DNA from: Nemertoderma westbladi
Lineage: Eukaryota > Animalia > Xenacoelomorpha
Direction of reading: 5' to 3'
DNA length: 64,000 nucleotides
NCBI GenBank assembly: GCA_032718475.1
Contig: JAUCBJ010000012.1
Location: 1 to 64,000 of the forward strand
Both the position numbers and the translations under genes were made by a program. Numbering within the stretch: the stretch's first letter is position 1; the number at the start of each line of letters is the position of its first letter. The notes beneath the pieces are model-generated. The model made no database searches and was not told the DNA's origin. It saw only the letters and a list, made by a program, of their open reading frames with translations. This document shows, in pieces, positions 1 to 12,100 of the stretch.

Positions 1-3000
1 ACTCCTTCCGCGTATCCCTTACTAAAGGCCTGGATGGTCATCCAGTACTCCACCGGTTTCTGGTTGAGGTCTCCTTCGGGCCACCACAGAAATCGTAGAC
101 TATCTCGATCCCTATCTAGCACCTTGACTTGTAAGAACATGCCTTCTATATCGGAGGCGAAAGCAATCGAATATTGTCTCAATCTTAAAAGAATTCCCAA
201 CAAAGATTGAAGTAAGTTGGGTCCGGGTAACAATTCAGAGTTAAGGGATTGACCCATGTAAAGAGCGGAGCCATCAAACACTACTCTCACTTCATGTGGT
301 TTACCGGGTTTAGGAACGTAATGGTGAGTTAAGTAATACGTTCTTTCAGTCACAGGTGTTTCTTCCGGTACTCCTTCCGCATATCCCTTACTAATAAATT
401 TCTCCAGCTGTGTTTGATACATTGCTTTAGCTGAAGAATTAGCCGTAAGGCGTCGATGGAGTTGCGCGATTCTTTTTTCCGCCAAGGGTCTGTTATTGAT
501 GAACTTCGGTTCTCTCTTGCGGAAAGGTAGACCGACTTCATACCTACCTTGATCTTTGAGGAAACGTGTAGTTGTCTCTTGGATCTGCTTGGCCCTTTCC
601 TCTTCCACCGACAAGGCTTTATCGTAGGAATTGGGCTCTACCGCCTCTTGCGTAAAGAATCTTACGGCATGTTCATCTCGAGTCTTGGCGTTACAACGCT
701 CAATGACGTCATTTAACTCGTCGTTATAAGCTTCTCGTTCAGTTGGATAAAGAAGTTGACATAAGTTCACTTGGTTTTGCCAAGCCTCGTTTTCCTTAAG
801 GAGATCGATGATATTCTCCTCATCAAAAAGCTGGTGAATGTCGTCGTTATCTGAGGAGTATGGGGTTCCCTCAGTTAAATCGTCTCCCTCACTAGTATTA
901 TCTTCCCATTCACTCACCTGGTAGACGCGCTCTTGCGGTAGTCTTTCTCTGAGTGTTCTACGGGAAGGGCCAGTAAAGTACCAACCTACTCTAGTTCTTA
1001 CCGCATAGGTCTGTAGTGGCTGCGGTTGAGCAGGCCGTTTCTCCAATGTCTCCAGCGCCTCATGCGCGTTTTGGCCGATGAGTATTTGCACTCCAGGATA
1101 ATCAGTCTGGAATCGAGGTATCTTAAGATGTTGGATGCTCTCATCCTCGTCCCAATTATAAAGGTCTGCTTGAGTAGTAGCGAAGTTCTTTATAGCCACC
1201 ATTTTCACCGACCTTATGCTATGTTCTCCTAGTTCGTCTTGTGGGGTGGACAACGCGCCTATATAATAATCAGCTGTTACTGTAGATTTCCAAACTTGCA
1301 TAATGCCGGACATGTTTAGCTTAGTTCGGAACTTGGGTTGTCCAACGAAGATGTCTTCGGCTAGTTCTTTATCAATGAATGTTCCTGTGCTGCCGGAGTC
1401 CAGGAGGGCGTTCACTATATAGCTCTTCTGAGGTCCATGGACCCGTAACTGGACTACAGGAAATTCTCGGATTCCTACATTGGAAGTTGGTGCTTTCCAC
1501 GATGGTTGTTGCTCAGAAGTAGTTAGAGTGAAGTCGTTGTCTGTATCCTTTTCATATGTGAGTGCTCGATACACTGCGGTATTTATCATGTAACAGGATT
1601 CGTTTTCGTCGGAGAACTCGTCTGTATAGAATCCTTCCATCTCAGATTGATCAGTGTCGTTCACATCACTGAATTGGACATGTAGCTCGGAATCACTTAC
1701 CTGATTCGGACTATTTCGCTCGAATTCAGCGTGCAACAAGATATGATGTTTCGCACCACACTTTGCACACCTTATGTCAGAGAAACAGGTACGCCGTTGG
1801 TGTCCTTGTCTGAGGCAATTATAACATAACCGCTTATCCCACATGACTTCGCGTCTCTCCGTTAATGACTTCTTCAGGAATTCATTACACATATTCAAAC
1901 GGTGGGTCCCGTCACACAGCGCACATTTCGGTTTGATGTTACTTACCTTATTTTGAGTCACATTGTGTACACTTGCCTTTTCTTCGGGCTTTCTCACCGG
2001 AATTCTCTTGGGAGACGTGGGAGGAGTTTTTCTTACCTGTTCTCTCCTGTCATTTGCTCGAGACTTGAATTTACTTACCTGATCTTTAGGCATTTTATTG
2101 ACATAATAAGATCTATCAGTGTCTTTCCCGCTATCTTCTCCTTGAGAAGTCTGGCTTTCGCCGTCGTCTGTATAACACACTGGTGTTACCTTTCTCCTAG
2201 AGACGGGTTTTTCACTTACCTTGTTTTCCGGTGTCTTCTCTCTGGACAGTTTCAGGAGCTGTAATTTCACTTCTCCATCTAGGAATGACATGAGATCAGC
2301 CATGGTAGGGTCTCGTCGTTGTTGTTCCATCATATATAACACTTTCTTATCCCAGCGTGTACCTACTCCACCCTTCGGTAAAGTAGAAGCCACTGCTCTA
2401 ATAACCATAGCATTCTGATACTCCTGAGACTTACCTAGCCAATCTAATTGTCTACAGATCTCCTGAATCTCATCGGAAAACTCGATAATTCCGCTGCTAA
2501 TAAACTTTCGGGGCGCTACCAACTTTGCATACAAATACCCAGCGATGTTATTCCTATTACCATACCTGATGTTTAGTGTATCCCAAACTTGTCTTAATCC
2601 GTCTGGATGTCCAATAAACTTTAACGCCATTAACTTGGGAGATCCTTCCAAGCACTCGATGAGGTATCTAAGTTTTTCTCCATTAGATAGTACAGAGTTC
2701 TGTATGTTATCTTTGTAATATTCATTAAAAGGTAACCATTTCATCTCATCTCCATTGAACTTGACGATCTCTCCCACCTTTACCGCTTGCCGGGCTTCGG
2801 TTCTAGCCATTTGACGCGTAAAACTTTCTTGGGCCATCGTGTTATTTAATATCGAGTTATCGGTATATAAATTTCTCGGATTATGATCAGTTCTATAGGG
2901 AATGTCATTATCAACAAGTCTATAATTACCCTTAATAGGGTTCACTATAGGAGTTTCTACTTCGCTAGCAGTATATATGCGTGTAGGCTCCACACCTTGC

Positions 3001-5118
3001 GCATGAGATACTTCAGACCTAACAGGTTGACACATTGTTACAGGGGGTGGTGGTATACCCCTTTGTGTATTTACTAATTTATCGCGTTCTAGCGCGATAC
3101 TTTGCTGCACTTCTTGCAACTCAAGCCTACTTTCCCTTACTGTGCCCTTGAATTGCTGAACCGTCTCCTGCATCTGCCCGAGCAGGAGATCCATCCCCCG
3201 CCGTCTCTCGTCCACCCATTCGACCGCCGAAGCGGGAGTCGCCAATGTTGTAGCGAGCGGACGAGGGACAACGGGCGACAAATCAGGAATATTTCGCTCG
3301 GGGTCCAGGACCTGAACTGTCTCCTGGGCAGTTCTACGGGGCACAGGTAGCTTAGTGCTATGCAGAGGGAATTTAGAGGTAGTTTCAGGGAGCACAGGTG
3401 TGTCTATCACCGAAGGGGTGATTTCAAGAACAGGCCTAATTATTTCAGGCTCATCTACTATAGTAGGGAGTCTTTCTATTTTAATTATTTGGTCTGTGGG
3501 CTCTGTACTACCTAAGTTGGTGTTATTTAGTTGCCTTCTAACAGCTGGAGGCAAATCAGGCAATTTCTGACGGTGGAATGTTCTTTTACGTCTGCTTAGA
3601 CGAGATCTATTTCCTTTGCCTTCAGTATCGGTGGTATCGCCTTCCTCAGATGATGTATATCCCTGTCTTTTGGGAGTAGATCGATTCATCATCTGCATAT
3701 TACTAGCTGCTAACTGTTTATTTATGCAGTCTTGATTCTCCTGAATGTTTTCCAATTCTAATTGGGTGGTTTCTTCAGCCGCTTTCCGTTCTGCTTCTGC
3801 CACTTTTGCCTCTGCCGCTGCCTCTGCCGCTTTTGCCTCTGCCGCTGCCTCTGCCGCTTTTGCCTCTGCCGCTGCCTCTGCCGCTTTTGCCTTGGCCGCT
3901 GCCTCTGCCGCTTTTGCCTTGGCCGCTGCCGCCTTTCTTTCTGCTTCTGCAGCTACCACTGCTGCTTTCTTTCTGTCTTCTATACGTTTTTTCTTTACTT
4001 GTTCTTCTTGGACTCGTGTGATGCGGAGTTGTTCATCAAATTTAGCCTGATTCGCAGCCCTCATTTCCACATCGATGGCATCCAACACAAGCTTGGTTCC
4101 TTCACTATTAGGGCTAAGTCCCTCTAACCTTCTCCTCAACTCGTCATCACCTAAAAAACGTTGATAGTCTGACAGATAGATGTCAATGGCATCCCTCTTA
4201 TGCGGTTTCTCTGCCGTCGCTTCACTTTCCACTTGGGAAAAAGTAGCGTCTGTTGATTCTCCATGGGTTGAGCGCTCCTCCAGCTGAGCTTTCCACTGAG
4301 CTGTTCCTTGAACCTGGAGACTCACCCTTTGAAACCAAGTCTTTACGGCAACTTGCAACGACGTGTCTTGCCTTCGTTTAGAAGCCTCCTCAAAGGCCGA
4401 TAATATTAGCCTGATTCGTAGAATTCTTTCTCTAACTTGATAAAGCAGTTGTCCCTGCTCTTGAGGTCCTTGTGGTTGTTGAAACAGTTGTCCTTTTACT
4501 CGCTCCATAGAGCTGAAGAATCCCTGTGCGTATCCGGCTGCGGACCTCTTCCACACAGCGGGATCTATGGTTTCTTTGGCTACTCCCATCCGATGTATGT
4601 CTTCCCAGGCAGCTTCTGATAAATCAAACGGGAGTCCGGGTCCGGGGAAGTTCCATTGCGACTCGACAATAGACTTCAGTTCTTCACTCGTGTATCCCGC
4701 ATAATTATCTTTAGTTGATCGTTGACTTCTCGCCCAATCGATCTGGTGTTCTTCCACTGCAATCAATAACCTAGTGAGTACGGCTGCAGGAAGGATGAGA
4801 AGGGGATCCGAATAAACCGCATCCATCATCTTTGCTCCGCGTTCTGGTGTCAGTTCTACAGTATCCTCACTACTGGAGCTGTTGGGCCGTTGAGAAGTAA
4901 GTTCTTGGCTCGCGGGTTGTTGCTGTTCTGCTGCTTCTTGGTCCCGCTTGACCTGAGCTCGAGTGCCTATGATAGACCTACGATGTTGGACCAGCCTAGG
5001 TTCTGTTATTACTACAGGAGGGATGACCTTCCTCACTAGACGGTTCTACGCCTCTATCTGAGTCGCAGATAGTTACATCTAATAAACTGTCTGACAGGTT
5101 CTGCTTAGTATCAGACAT
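1..5118 (-). CDS. BEL/Pao Gag-Pol polyprotein (Gag, aspartic protease, N-terminal part of RT); 3' end outside window
   Basis: ATG 5118 (MSDTKQNLSD) matches the gag starts of B and C. A small deletion near 5040 shifts the frame (TAG at 4998-4996). The downstream frame (in-frame ATG 4829) was spot-checked open to position 1, consistent with the ORF track listing no stop-terminated long ORF here. Confidence 0.85.
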
Positions 5119-6434
5119 GTTTATGTGTACAGTTGAATGTCTACTGCTGTATTACAGTCTGAGCAAGTCTAGTAACTCAGTATTAACTGCTAGCCTAGTA
5201 ATTAATTACCGGTACTGCTACTCAGTGTAGCGTGATATATATAATATATTAGAATACCGGTATGCTTATAGTATATATAACTATTATTACAGACTAGGTT
5301 TATCACAGAATACCGGTATAATTTTAGCACAAATATATATAAATATATAATAGGCCTATCGGGAATACCGGTATACAGCTTACAGTTTTGTAGTATATAT
5401 AATTATAATTCTGGACTAGAATTAATTATAAAGTACCGGTATAGTTTCAGCCTAAATTTATAGAAATAAAGATAATAGGCCTATCGTAAATACCGGTATA
5501 TCAATTATTTTAAATAATTGAATTTCTGAATTTTAGGGTTACTTGGTTACTTTACTTACTTTATTACCGCTATTTGAGCAGTAGTCCAACTGATATTGAG
5601 ACCTAATGGTTGTATGGTAGGCCTACTATTTATAAATCGTTAGATTTGATTTATAATATATATATACCCGTTTTAATGGGTTTTGTCAGTATTTGAAATA
5701 AATGTTATTATTTCTGGGGGGTAATCACTACACAAAGCGGTACGCTTTCAGTGAAGTGTTACTTATAAGACACTAAAACAAATAATGCTAATTTACCTAA
5801 GTTACTTAATACTACAAATTACGTACAATTCGGGTGAGATTACAATCTCTAAATAAACACAAAAATTTACAAAAAACACAAAATACGAATTTTCAGGGTA
5901 ATTTTACAAGAAGTCTACAAACCAGCCTAACAAAGGGTTAGAAATCTGGTTATTACAACGGACAGGGTACTACGGTATTTGAAAATAATAAGTAGTAGTA
6001 AAATACACTGCGTTGTCCAGATAGGAAAATACCACCGCCTGACGACCTATAGCTGTATCGATATAGGTACTACGTTATGTATCACGGAGTGTTCCTACCT
6101 AGAAGTTAATAGAGCTAATCGAACGTGCCTATCAACCACTTTACAACACAAATATAATGCCTACACTAATTACTTTCGGAAAGCACTGTACACTAAACCC
6201 TAAATTAGGTACGAGTACTTGTACAACATATAATCAGTAGTTAAATATACTTGAACAGCTAAAAGAACCACGGCATCTGCTGGAGTGACCGGTGCACAAA
6301 ATCACCAGTCTTTACCTATGCCAAGCAGCCCGTGTAGTACCGGGGTTAATTTAACTATAGCGGTATGTATAACAAACACAATTATTGTAGGAACAAACTT
6401 GGGGAATGAATGTTGCGAATAATCGCATAAACTC

Positions 6435-7015
6435 TGAATAATAAATATTACGCTACGCGTACAAACCACTCAAACAAAATGCAGACCAAACACTGACAGA
6501 CTACTATCAAGCCTAAATAAACTACAGGACATGCAGACTCCGAAATGATTAGGTAGTATGCGTTCTAACCCAGTAGTACGACTTATTCTTTAGTTGGGGG
6601 TTTACCTTACAGCATTGGCTGCCCCTACTTCCTAACCGTTCTTTATCGGACAGAGGCTCTACACACACTGCAATCCGTTCAGACCTAATAACAACCAGAC
6701 AACTATCCAGCCTACAAATTATCTAAATAAATATAATACGCTACCTGTACAGACTACACAAACAAAGTACAGACTAAACGATGGCAGACTACTCTCAAGC
6801 CTAAATAAACTACAGGACATGCAGACTCCGAAATGATTAGGTAGTATGCGTTCTAACCCAGTAGTACGACTTATTCTTTAGTTGGGGGTTTACCTTACAG
6901 CTTTGGCTGCCCCTACTTCCTAACCGTTCTTTATCGGACAGATGATCTACACACACTGCAATCCGTTCAGACTTAACAGCAATCAGACAACAGCTCAGCC
7001 TACAAATTGTCTGTA
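6435..7015 (-). repeat. Two tandem ~288-bp direct repeats in the BEL leader (equivalents at ~51960-52535 in B and ~57785-58365 in C)
   Basis: catgcagactccgaaatgattagg occurs at 6530 and 6818; same layout in the other two copies. Confidence 0.85.
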
Positions 7016-7350
7016 CAATCTGATCAGGCTTACACGCCTTCTGTTCAATACTGGCCTACAAACAAATAAAACTTGACAGAAATAAGTAAAAATCTCAATA
7101 AAAAACCAGGGCTGCAGTCCCTGATTAATTATTAAGGCCTACCGGTATATAATTATCAAAATCGAATAATACTGCTGTACCTATACTGCTGTAGGTACCG
7201 GTCCGGGTGGTTAAGTAGTCAGGCCTACTGGGTACCGGTTGCCGGTACTTCAGCTTTATTGCCTACTGCAATACAGAAGCAATATCCGTTATTGTTCTTA
7301 CCAGAACAATATTAAACTGTATTTAATGCCTACACTGCAATACAGACTAA

Positions 7351-7361
7351 ATATCCGTTAT
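7351..7361 (-). promoter_or_regulatory. Non-tRNA primer-binding site of copy A (ATAACGGATAT), complementary to LTR 8112-8102
   Basis: Directly abuts the LTR CA end; exact 11-nt reverse complement of ATATCCGTTAT inside the LTR; no TGG. Confidence 0.7.
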
Positions 7362-8542
7362 TGTTCGCGCTTTCAGACCTTTGGCAGTTTAACCCGCCAA
7401 ATTAGGATGTCTTCTAGATAATAATTCGCTTTTAGCCTATGACAAGTATTTGATTCACTACACTAGTCGAAACCAATCTGTGCGCGATCATTCACCCGCT
7501 GGATATACCCGGGAGATTGGGTTCGACGGCTTAATCGTATTGCTATGTAAGCCTAATGTATTATTCGACTGACAGTATTATATAATCTCTGACAATATTA
7601 TTCACCTTTGGGGAATATTAACAGTTCCTTTAGGACGTGGCGCTCTATCTATAAACAGAGTTATGACTTAAACTACTCACAACGATATGGCTTAGTTACA
7701 ATTCACATATATGGCGCATTCTTTAGGAAATGCTTCGTTATCAGTCTCACTCATACACAATGCTGCACAATACTGCACACTGATCTGCCGATCTTCACTG
7801 ATTTTAGTCACATATAAAAGGAACACGGACCGAATCATGTAGGGTCTATCAAATAACATTAGATTCACTTCAAACCACTTTAACATAAGTCACAATCGTT
7901 ATATGTAACCTTTCTCTCTTACCTTCGGTATATCAAGAATATTGGGTTTTCGGGGTTATTTATCGTTATTCCAAATATAATAATTCATCAACCATATTAT
8001 GAAGAACTGACAGTAAATAGCAGTATAACAATATAAAAGTATGCACAGGTTGTTTGATTAGGTATGGTATGGTATGTTATGTTTAGTTATGTTATGTTAT
8101 GATAACGGATATATGTCCTTATAATTAAGCCTACTAGTGTAAGACTAAAAACTGAAAACACGGAGGTGCCAAAAGCCGGTTCTTAGGCTCTGGGCAAAAA
8201 CATAACACTGAACTGATAAGAATAACCTTATTTACAAAGGCTTCCACCCACCACAGAGAAAGAGCATACAGATAGGAAAATTCAGTTCAGTAGATCTGTG
8301 ATAGGTCGAAATCAAAATCAACTCAAATCCTATTGGCAGATACAGAAATCAGGGCTGTGGGGCAACTTTCCCAAGCTGGTTGGACAATCAAACGTAGCCC
8401 AGATCCCTTCGCACAGCAAATCAGCCAATCAGCCGGTAGCTTGCGCTATTCGAGTTATAGATCCCTTTTTAGAGTATTCCAGCGCCTGGGGGGAACTTGT
8501 TAGCAAGGCAAACGAATCAGTTATCCCACAAAACCTTTTACA
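7362..8542 (-). repeat. 5' LTR of BEL copy A (~1181 bp, TGTAAAAG...GCGCGAACA)
   Basis: TG...CA termini; both ends match the LTR ends of copies B and C. The distal ~350 bp (putative U3) is strongly diverged from B and C. Confidence 0.85.
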
Positions 8543-8610
8543 ATACTATATGTATAAATAATCATGGAATATGACATTGATAACTCACGATTGGTTATAT
8601 TTTATCGCAG

Positions 8611-8774
8611 GTTCGGGGAAAGTTCGTTCAGCTGTAGGGAAGACTAATCTCCTGCTCACCCAGAAGATAAAACAGTTTCGGGAGCTGTGCAGTCAGAATA
8701 TGGAAGTGGGAGAGTCTGGTCGTAGACCTTCACCAGACGACCTGGAGGGGTTCTGGGATATGGTACTGATACAG
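8611..8774 (+). CDS. DLGAP: DLGAP/SAPAP (GKAP-domain) gene, internal exon
   Basis: ttatcgcag| acceptor, |gtaagt donor; SGKVRSAVGKTNLLLTQKIKQFRELC...PDDLEGFWDMVLIQ is the conserved GKAP domain. Confidence 0.9.
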
Positions 8775-9018
8775 GTAAGTTAACAACCAACATAATATAT
8801 GTGTCAATTAAGTACATCACGTACTAGTACTACATATACTTTTGGTTCTATTTTGTGGTCCTGACATGCTCCAAAGATAGGTCGGCATTTAGTGGTAACA
8901 TCCACCGAGGATTGACATTTCATTTAGTGACGGTAGTAGTATCCACTGAGTGGGCTGTGTAACAAGCCCTATTTCATGACCTGATTAATCGTTTGTTGCC
9001 AATTTTCATTGTTTTCAG

Positions 9019-9108
9019 ATTCTGGATGTCGATTTGCTCTTTGCGAATTTGGAAGCGATGAAATCATCCCAATGGGCTCCACCCGCTTCTCCAGTCCCGC
9101 CACGAAGG
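9019..9108 (+). CDS. DLGAP: DLGAP/SAPAP gene, penultimate exon
   Basis: ttttcag| acceptor, |gttaga donor, phase 0/0; ILDVDLLFANLEAMKSSQW continues the GKAP domain. Confidence 0.85.
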
Positions 9109-9172
9109 GTTAGAATATTTAAATAGTACAATATATCAGTCGTGTTGTGTCAGTTGTAGATTCCAATCAATT

Positions 9173-12100
9173 CATGGGAGAAGCGACCTGTTATTTTATT
9201 TCATTACATGGGCGAAGCGAGCTGTTATTGTATTTCATTACAGGGCGAGACGAGCTGTTATTGTATTTCATTACATGGGCGAGACGACTTGTTATTGTAT
9301 TTCATTACAGGGCGAGACGAGCTGTTATTGAATTTCATTACATGGGCGAGACGACCTGTTATTGTATTTCATTACAGGGCGAGACGAGCTGTTATTGTAT
9401 TTCATTACATGGGCGAGACGACCTGTTATTGTTTTTCATTACAGGGCGAGACGAGTTGTTATTGTATTTCATTACATGGGCGAAGCAAGCTGTTATTGTA
9501 TTTCATTACAGGGCGAGACGAGCTGTTATTGTATTTCATTACAGGGCGAGACGAGCTGTTATTGTATTTCAATACCGGGTAGAAGCGAGCTGTTATTGTA
9601 TTTCAATACAGGGCGAAGCGAGCTGTTATTGTATTTCATTACATGGGCGAGACGAGCTGTTATTGTATTTCATTACAGGGCGAAGCGAGCTGTTTTTGTA
9701 TTTCATGACATGGGCGAGACGACCAGTTATTGTATTTCATTACATGGGCGTAGCGAGCTGTTATTGTATTTCATTACATGGCGAGACGCGCTGCTAATGT
9801 ATTTCATTACATGGGCGAGACGACCTGTTATTGTATTTCATTACATGGGCGTAGCGAGCTGTTATTGTATTTCATTACATGGGCGAGACGAGCTGTTATT
9901 GTATTTCATTACAGAGCGAAGCGAGCTGTTTTTGTATTTCATTACATGGGCGAGACGTCCAGTTATTGTATTTCATTACATGGGTGTAGCGAGCTGTTAT
10001 TGTATTTCATTACATGGCGAGACGAGCTGCTAATGTATTTCATTACATGGGCGAGACGAGCTGTTATTGTATTTCATTACATTGGCGAAGCGAGCTGTTA
10101 TTGTATTTCATTACAGGGCGAACCGAGCTGTTATTGTATTTCAATACCGGGTAGAAGCGAGCTGTTATTGTATTTCAATACAGGGCGAAGCGAGCTGTTA
10201 TTGTATTTCATTACATGGGTGAGACGACCTGTTATTGTATTTCATTACATGGGCGAGACGAGTTGTTATTGTATTTCATTACAGGGCGAAGCGAGCTGTT
10301 ATTGTATTTCATTACATGGGCGAAGCGAGCTGTTATTGTATTTCAATACAGGGCGAAGCGAGCTGTTATTGTATTTCATTACATGGCGAGACGAGCTGTT
10401 ATTGTATTTCATTACAGGTCGAAGCGAGCTGTTATTTTATTTCATTACATGGGCGAGACGAGCTGTTATTGTATTTCATTACAGGGCGAAGCGAGCTGTT
10501 TTTGTATTTCATGACATGGGCGAGACGACCAGTTATTGTATTTCATTACATGGGCGTAGCGAGCTGTTATTGTATTTCATTACATGGCGAGACGCGCTGC
10601 TAATGTATTTCATTACATGGGCGAGACGACCTGTTATTGTATTTCATTACATGGGCGTAGCGAGCTGTTATTGTATTTCATTACATGGGCGAGACGAGCT
10701 GTTATTGTATTTCATTACAGAGCGAAGCGAGCTGTTTTTGTATTTCATTACATGGGCGAGACGTCCAGTTATTGTATTTCATTACATGGGTGTAGCGAGC
10801 TGTTATTGTATTTCATTACATGGCGAGACGAGCTGCTAATGTATTTCATTACATGGGCGAGACGAGCTGTTATTGTATTTCATTACATTGGCGAAGCGAG
10901 CTGTTATTGTATTTCATTACAGGGCGAACCGAGCTGTTATTGTATTTCATTACATGGGCGAGACGAGCTGTTATTGTATTTCATTACAGGGCGAAGCGAG
11001 CTGTTTTTGTATTTCATTACATGGGCGAGACGACCAGTTATTGTATTTCATTACATGGGCGTAGCGAGCTGTTATTGTATTTCATTACATGGGAGAGACG
11101 AGCTCTTATTGTATTTCATTACATTGGCGAAGCGTGCTGTTATTGTATTTAAATACAGGGCGAAGCGAGCTGTTATTGTATTTCATTACAGGGCGAAGCG
11201 AGCTGTTATTGTATTTCATTACAGGGCGAAGCGAGCTGTTATTGTATTTAAATACAGGGCGAAGCGAGCTGTTATTGTATTTCATTACAGGGCGAAGCGA
11301 GGTGTTATTGTATTTCATTACAGGGCGAAGCGAGCTTTTATTGTATTTCATTACAGTGCGAGACGAGCTGTTATTGTATTTCATTACAGGGGCAAAGCGA
11401 GCTGTTATTATATTTCATTACAGGTCGAAGCGAGCTGTTTTTGTATTTCATTACATGGGCGAGACGACCAGTTATTGTATTTCATTACATGGGCGTAGCG
11501 AGCTGTTATTGTATTTCATTACATGGCGAGACGAGCTGTTAATCTATTTCATTACATGGGCGAGACGAGCTGTTATTGTATTTCATTACAGGGCGAAGCG
11601 AGCTGTTATTGTATTTCATTACAGTGCGAGAGGAGCTGTTATTGTATTTCATTACAGGGGCGAAGCGAGCTTTTATTATATTTCATTACAGGTCGAAACG
11701 AGCTGTTATTGTATTTGATTACATGGCGAGACGAGCTGTTCATGTATTTCATTACATTGGCGAAGCGAGCTGTTATTGTATTTCTTTACAGGGCGAAGCG
11801 AGCTGTTATTGTATTTCATTACAGGTCGAAGCGAGCTGTTAATGTATTTCATTACAGGTCGAAGCGAGCTGTTATTTTATTTCATTACAAGGGCGAAGCG
11901 AGCTGTTATTGTATTTCATTACAAGGGCGAAGCGAGCTGTTATTGTATTTCATTACATGGCGAGACGAGCTGTTAATCTATTTCATTACATGGGCGAGAC
12001 GAGCTGTTATTGTATTTCATTACAGGGCGAAGCGAGCTGTTATTGTATTTCATTACAGTGCGAGACGAGCTGTTATTGTATTTCATTACAGGGGCAAAGC

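Larger units (their letters stand above)
1..8542 (-). mobile_element. BEL/Pao LTR retrotransposon, copy A (5' LTR, long leader, gag-PR-RT; runs off the left edge), antisense inside a DLGAP intron
   Basis: Minus-strand translation gives BEL Gag (KFNGDEMKWLPF, triple Cys/His knuckles), protease (VNALLDSGSTGT, ~1410-1380) and Pao-type RT motifs (VRVVFDGS, LPGPNLL, ASDIEGMFLQV, DRDSLRFLWW). LTR is homologous to those of copies B and C. Confidence 0.95.

Noticed and set aside
3745-4127. Cys/Arg-, Pro/Leu- and Ala-rich plus-strand ORFs (also 49248-49538)
   Set aside because: Antisense shadows of the Gag Ala-rich repeat.
7290-7303. TGG-starting tRNA PBS (TGGTAAGAAC on the element strand)
   Set aside because: About 60 nt from the LTR end, absent from copy C, and matches no tRNA 3' end I recognise.
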